In this document: positions 57,493 through 64,000 of the stretch, one piece after another
Numbering within the stretch: the first letter of the stretch is position 1
Layout of the letters: every line of letters begins with the position of its first letter
From: Eledone cirrhosa
Taxonomy: Eukaryota
Assembly: GCA_964016885.1 (NCBI GenBank)
Contig: OZ024760.1
Span: 9,610,001-9,674,000 of the forward strand
Direction: 5' to 3'
Length of the DNA: 64,000 nt
Position numbers and translations under genes: made by a program
Notes under the pieces: generated by a model
What the model saw: only the letters and a program-made list of their open reading frames with translations
Database searches by the model: none
What the model was told of the DNA's origin: nothing

Positions 57493-58221
57493 ATCAAGGT
57501 TTAGCAAATAAGAAAAAGTTTCAAAATAAATTTCAATAAATTTCTGGCTCGTTAATTTATTAACTAGCCATTGAACCACATTGGCATATGGTTGGACAAT
57601 ACATGTGTCCCTGGAGGCTTTTTGCGTGTAGGGATATATACTTTATATATATATATATATTGTTATTATTAGTAGTAGAAGTGAGGGCGGTGAATTGGCT
57701 GTATCGGTAGAGCGTCAGGCACGATACTTTGTGGCATGGAGTTATGGCCCTTTACGTTCTGAGTTCAAATCCCACTGAGCTTAGCTTTGCCTTTCATCCT
57801 TACGGGGTCGATAAAATAGAGTGCCAGTAATGCACTGGGTAATTGCTGGCCTTGTGCCAAAAGTAGAAACAATTATTGTATATTACATTTTGTCTATCCC
57901 AATAGCTATGTATTTCAATGAGATTTGCGCTGAAACAATTGTAAAGTGTTAGATGATTTAAGAACCTTTATCTGTCATTTTAATGTCTTTGTATTAAATA
58001 TACCACATTTCTTCTTCTGCTCTTAAAAGTATGTTCCCTCTATTTCTATCTGAAGGATATAAATACATTCAACTTAAATATTCTCTCTAGTAATTTCACA
58101 CTAGGTAACTTTATGTGTATGTTTTTCTTACATATAATTTAAAATTATATATATATATATATAAGCACACACACACACATATATATGTGTGTGTGTGTGT
58201 GTAAATATATATATATACAAT

Positions 58222-58620
58222 ATATTAATAAATGGAAACTATATCTATAAAACCATATTTATTTTATTATACATATTTCAAGGGCAACCAAGGCAGATAA
58301 AATACAGATTTGTTTTATAAATAAATATTAACATACCCAGAAAAAAAGACAACCTTAACTGTTGGAGCTTCCTGGATAGTGATAGTAATTTTTTTTTTTT
58401 TCCGGGTATGTCAATATTTATTTATAAAACAAATCTGTATTTTATCTGATGAAAGAGCACTATAATTTGCCTTGGTTGCCCTTGAAATATGTATAATAAA
58501 ATAAATATGGTTTTATAAATATAGTTTCCATTTATTAATATGTTATATATTTACTCCACTAATCTGTTGAGTGCTTTATATCAGTTATAAAAATTTATAA
58601 ATTAAATATAACCTCTGCAT
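58222..58620 (+). mobile_element. Family A fold-back element with hammerhead at 58438-58503
   Basis: CTGATGA 58446-58452, GAAA 58484-58487, tatgta-TA-ataaaata; the inverted arm ~58222-58340 lacks the core; ends CTGCA+(TA)n. Confidence 0.8.
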
Positions 58621-58758
58621 ATATATATATATATATAAATGAAAGGTATAGAAAATATTGTAGCAAAAAGCCAACAGTATTCCATAATATATAAGTGACT
58701 AAATTTTATAAAATTCAATTTTATAAAATTCAATTATATATATATATATATATATATA

Positions 58759-59085
58759 TGGAGGCTCAAGCTTAGTGGTTAGAGCATTGGCCTTGCAATC
58801 GAAAGGTTGTGAGTTCAATTCTCAGACCGGGTGATGTGTTGTTTCCTTGAGCAAGACACTTTATTTCACATTGCTCCAGTTTACTCAGCTGTAGAAATGA
58901 GATGATAGGGATTGGGGTCCCTATCATTCCACTGCAAAGTGGTCGTGGAGGTGCCACGGCAAAAAAAGCACCCACCACTCACTGTAAATGAGGTTGGTGT
59001 TAGGAAGGGCATCCAGCTGTAGAAATCAAGCCAGAATCAGTTCCCGTCCCACCCTTGCAAGCAGGGAAAAGCGGACGTAAAATGA
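58759..59085 (+). mobile_element. SINE family 1, full length
   Basis: Near identical to 10167-10490. Confidence 0.9.
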
Positions 59086-59257
59086 AATGAATGATATATA
59101 TAAAATTGAATTTTATAAAATTGAGTTTTATAAATTCAATTTTATTACTCCAAGATAAACTTACATAGGAATACAAGTGAAATCATAAACTCGTCATCTA
59201 CATAAACCTCTTGGTGGGTCAAACAACGTTTCCTTACCACATTTCCTTTGTTATATA

Positions 59258-59366
<109 letters not shown>

Positions 59367-60376
59367 ATCTCATACACACACTTCATACATCTCATACACA
59401 ATTTATATATACATTTTATATACACACTACAGATCTCATACACAATTTATATATACATTTTATATACACACTTCATACACATCTATATGGCTAGCTACAT
59501 TAATACGGTTATATATTTATATACATACATGTATATATACACATGTATATATACATGTATATATACCCATATATATACACACATGTTTATATACACATGT
59601 ATATATACACATATATATATACACATATATATACACATGTATATACAAACATGTATATATACACATGTATATATACACATGTATATATACACATGTATAT
59701 ATAAACATGTATATATACACATGTCTATATACACATGTATATACAAACATGTATATATACACATGTATATATATACACACATGTATATACAAACATGTAT
59801 ATATACACATGTATATATACACATGTATATATACACATGTATATATACACATGTATATACAAACATGTATATATACACATGTATATATACACATGTATAT
59901 ACAAACATGTATATATAAACATGTATATATACACATGTCTATATACACATGTATATACAAACATGTATATATACACATGTATATATATACACATGTATAT
60001 ACAAACATGTATATATACACATGTATATATACACATGTATATACAAACATGTATATATACACATGTATATATACACATGTATATACAAACATGTATATAT
60101 ACACATGTATATATATACATGTATATACAAACATGTATATATACACATGTATATATACACATGTATATACAAACATGTATATATACACATGTATATACAA
60201 ACATGTATATACAAACATGTATATATACACATGTATATACAAACAATATATTTTGCTTTCTTTAGAGATCAGCTATATATAGATATATACTATTACTACT
60301 ACAACTACTGCTACTACTACTGCTACTGCTGCTGCTGCTGCTGCTGATGATGATGATACTACTACTACTATTGCTG

Positions 60377-60411
<35 letters not shown>

Positions 60412-60765
60412 GCTGCTGCTGCTGTTGTTGCTGCTACTACTACTATTGCTGCTACTAAAACCACCACAACCACCACCACCATCACAACCACCACCACCAC
60501 AACTACTACTGCTGTTGCTGCTGCTACTACTACCAACATCACCACCACCTCCTCTACTACTACTGCTGCTGCTGCTGCTGCTACTACTACCACTATTGCT
60601 ACTGCCACCACCACCACCACCACCATTACCACTACTGCTGCTGCTGCTGCTGCTACTACTACCACTATTGCTACTACTGCCGCCACCACCACCACCACCA
60701 CCACCTCTACTACTGCTGCTGCTGCTGCTACTACTACCACTATTGCTACTGCCACCACCACTACC

Positions 60766-60801
<36 letters not shown>

Positions 60802-60996
60802 ACTACTACCACAATTGCTGCTGCCACCACCACCACCACCACCACCACCACAACTACTACTGCTGCTGCTGCTACTACTACTACCACTATTGCCACTGCC
60901 ACCACCACCACCACTACCTCTACTACTACTGCTGCTGCTACTACTACCACTATTGCTACTGCCGCCGCCACCACCACCACCACCACAACCACCACC

Positions 60997-61042
<46 letters not shown>

Positions 61043-61635
61043 CCACCACCACCACCACCACCACCACCACCACTACTACCGCTGCTGCTGCTACTACTAC
61101 TATTGCTACTGCCACCACCACCACCACCACCACCACCACCACCACCAGCACAACCACCACCACTACTACTACTACTGCTGCTGCTGCTACTACTACCACC
61201 AAAACCACCACCACCACCACCACCACCATCATCACCGTGCATATGTTTTATCTTCTGTTTGTATGTGTGTTAGATGTGTTTTTATCACATTTACGAGGTA
61301 ACCATGAGAGATGCCCAAGTTCTGTGTACTAAGCAACACAAGCTACACAGCAGACAGGACTTAACACAACATAGCCATTCCAAAGAACCACTCAACAACT
61401 TCTGATAGACACCCCATTAAATGTCATTAACAAAATATGCTCAAAATGGCGCCTATAAGATTAGCAGAAGATTTAAGAGACAACTTATGTCATAGTTATG
61501 GAGTCTGTAGAGATAAGAATTACATTAGATTGTATCGTGTGTTTTTATTGATTAGACATAATACCTTTCGTACTTGTAAAGTATCTAAAGTGGCTCGCAA
61601 CTCACTTCCATATTGTGTAAATGAAAATAGACAAT

Positions 61636-62416
61636 CCGGGGTGGGCTGAAAAGTTCATAGGATGACTATAAAGGACGTATGCTAGAGCTGTGAAGGAGTC
61701 TTTCGTTCATTAAGGATTGGCAGCATCGGTAGAGGGTCGGACGCCATGCTTTGACGCGCAGAGTTACGGCCGGCCCTTGCCATTCTGAGTTCAAATTCCG
61801 CCGAGGTTAACTTTGCCTTTCATCCTTATGAGGTCGATAAAATAAAATACCAGTAATGTACTGGGGGAAAATTGCTGGCCTTGAGCCAAAAGTAGAACCA
61901 ATTAATTTCAGCTTTTCTAATTAATTGTTTCTATTTTAGGCACAAAGCCAGCAATTACCCAGTACATTACTGGTACATTATTTTATCGACCCCGTAAGGA
62001 TGAAAGGCAAAGTCAACCTCGGCGGGATTTGAACTCAGATCGTAAAGGGACGTAACTCTATGCTGGAAAGCATGGCGTCCGACGCTCTACCGATACTGCC
62101 AATCCATGACTACATTATTTTTTTCCAGGGTGGATTGGCAGTATCGGCAGAGTGTCAGACGCCATGCTTTGCAGAATAGAGTTATGGCCCTTTACGTTCC
62201 GAGTTCAAATCCCACCGAGGTTAACTTCGCCTTTCACCCTTACGGGGGTCGATAAAATAAAAGTACCAGTAATACACTGGGGTAATTGCTGGCCTTGTGC
62301 CAAAGGTAGAAACAATTATTTCTTTCCAGGGACTATGTTAAAAAAAAAAAAATTCCTCTGGTCATTCCATGAGAGTATCTTGGTCAGCCTATGAACTTTT
62401 CAGCCAACCCTTGTAA
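61636..62416. mobile_element. mariner-like MITE carrying three SINE family 2 copies (+ 61713-61903, - 61921-62106, + 62130-62320)
   Basis: Inverted ends gggtgggctgaaaagttcatagg / cctatgaacttttcagccaacccttgTA. Confidence 0.7.
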
Positions 62417-62800
62417 TCGCCACTATGGCAGTAGTCTAGTCAGTATCATCATCATCATCATCTCCTCTCTCAACGTGTTCCTTTGTCATCTCCTGTGAGT
62501 CTCAGTGATTTGGGATCAGCTCTACCCCACCTCTGCCCAGGTCTTCCTTGCAGCTTCCTTCCGCTGGGATATCCTGGCACTTCTTCAGCCAGCAATCATC
62601 ATCATCATCATCCATGCACATCATGTAAAAACATTTGACTGTTATGAAAATGGTACAAAGCAATCATTTTATATTGAAACACTATAAAACTATCCAGTGA
62701 ATGGTATGGTATGGACTTGTAACACCTGAGGAGTTGTAGGGGCGACATGTTGACGTACAGCGTTTTTATATCTGGTGGGAGCCATTTTGACTTATATCTC

Positions 62801-63068
62801 TAACCCTTTCATTACTATATTTCTAATGAAAGACACTGTCTATGTCATTAACCCTTTCATTACCATATTTCTAATGTAAGACACTGTCTATGTCATTAAC
62901 ACTTTCATTACCATATTTCTAATGAAAGACACTGTCTATGTCATTAACCCTTTCATTACCATATTTCTAATGAAAGACACTGTCTATGTCATTAACCCTT
63001 TCATTACCATATTTCTAATGAAAGACACTGTCTATGTCATTAACCCTTTCATTACCATATTTCTAATG
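62801..63068 (+). repeat. 48-bp minisatellite (~5.5 copies), same unit as 6370-6882
   Basis: Direct match. Confidence 0.9.
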
Positions 63069-63664
63069 ATGAATATAGAACTAAAAATGCCAAATAAAAT
63101 AATTGTTTCTACTTTTGGCACAAGGCCAGCAATTACCCAGTTCATTACTGGTACTTTATTTTATCGACCCTGTAAGGATGAAAGGCAAAGTTAACCTCGA
63201 CGGGATTTGAACTCAGACCGTAAAGGGACGTAACTATGCTGGAAAGCATGGCGTTCGACCCTCTACCAATACTGCCAAAATGTGATGTTACTATATTGTT
63301 ATAGAAGTGTAGAAAATAAAACTTGGCTAAAATATTTCAGCCAGTATTCTTCTAAATTATTAAATCTTTCAATATTTCCAGCAATATTATGAATTACTTA
63401 GAAACAATTTTACTTGATATTACTTCAAATAAACAATATCTGTTTATTTTGAAGCCATATCTTAAAGAGAGACCAGCTCAAAGAATTCTTATTTCTCAAT
63501 TTCGCTTTGATATCATTTATATTATTGACTAATCATTCTAACTCAACTTTTTAATTTTTTACAAGTTTTTGTTTAAGAAATATATCAAGTAAATACAATT
63601 TAATTGAAAAAGAAGACAAGAAAATTTAGATTGAGAACAAATGTTACACCATCTTTAAAGCGAG

Positions 63665-64000
63665 GGTGGGAGAGGACTGTGTAGTTACTGGTAGACTGTT
63701 GCTGTATGTGGTGGGAGAGGACTGTGTAGTGACTGGTAGACTGTTGCTGTATGTGGTGGGTGGAAGAGGACTGTGTAGTGACTGGTAGACTGTTGCTGTA
63801 TGTGGTGGGAGAGGACTGTGTAGTTACTGGTAGACTGTTGCTGTATGTGGTGGGAGAGGACTGTGTAGTTACTGGTAGACTGTTGCTGTATGTGGTGGGT
63901 GGGAGAGGACTGTGTAGTTAGTGGTAGACTGTTGCTGTATGTGGTGGGTGGGAGAGGACTGTGTAGTTACTGGTAGACTGTTGCTGTATGTGGTGGGTGG
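63665..64000. repeat. 45/49-bp minisatellite running off the window end
   Basis: Unit gggagaggactgtgtagttactggtagactgttgctgtatgtggt. Confidence 0.9.

Overview
Eukaryotic, very repeat-dense and essentially non-coding DNA. The SINE/LINE/MITE complement looks like a coleoid cephalopod (octopus-like) genome; that is inferred from repeat types, not verified. No intact protein-coding gene is present and nearly all listed ORFs are microsatellite artefacts. Contents: (1) large (TA)n, (CA)n, (CAC)n, (GACA)n tracts; (2) two abundant tRNA-derived SINE families, one sharing its 3' tail with an RTE LINE; (3) decayed RTE, RTE-X, Tx1/L1 and Penelope-like (GIY-YIG) retroelements plus piggyBac-, mariner- and Tigger-like MITEs; (4) about a dozen minisatellite arrays, several traceable to pieces of those elements; (5) a 200-N assembly gap; (6) one candidate first coding exon on the minus strand. 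The most notable signal is about 11 minimal type I hammerhead ribozyme motifs (CTGANGA-stem II-GAAA-short, often palindromic stem III-UH) in short non-coding elements. These mostly end on (TA)n tracts and are often fold-backs. They co-occur with a Naiad-like Penelope element whose CxCx5C motif begins with an in-frame TGA, a possible selenocysteine codon.
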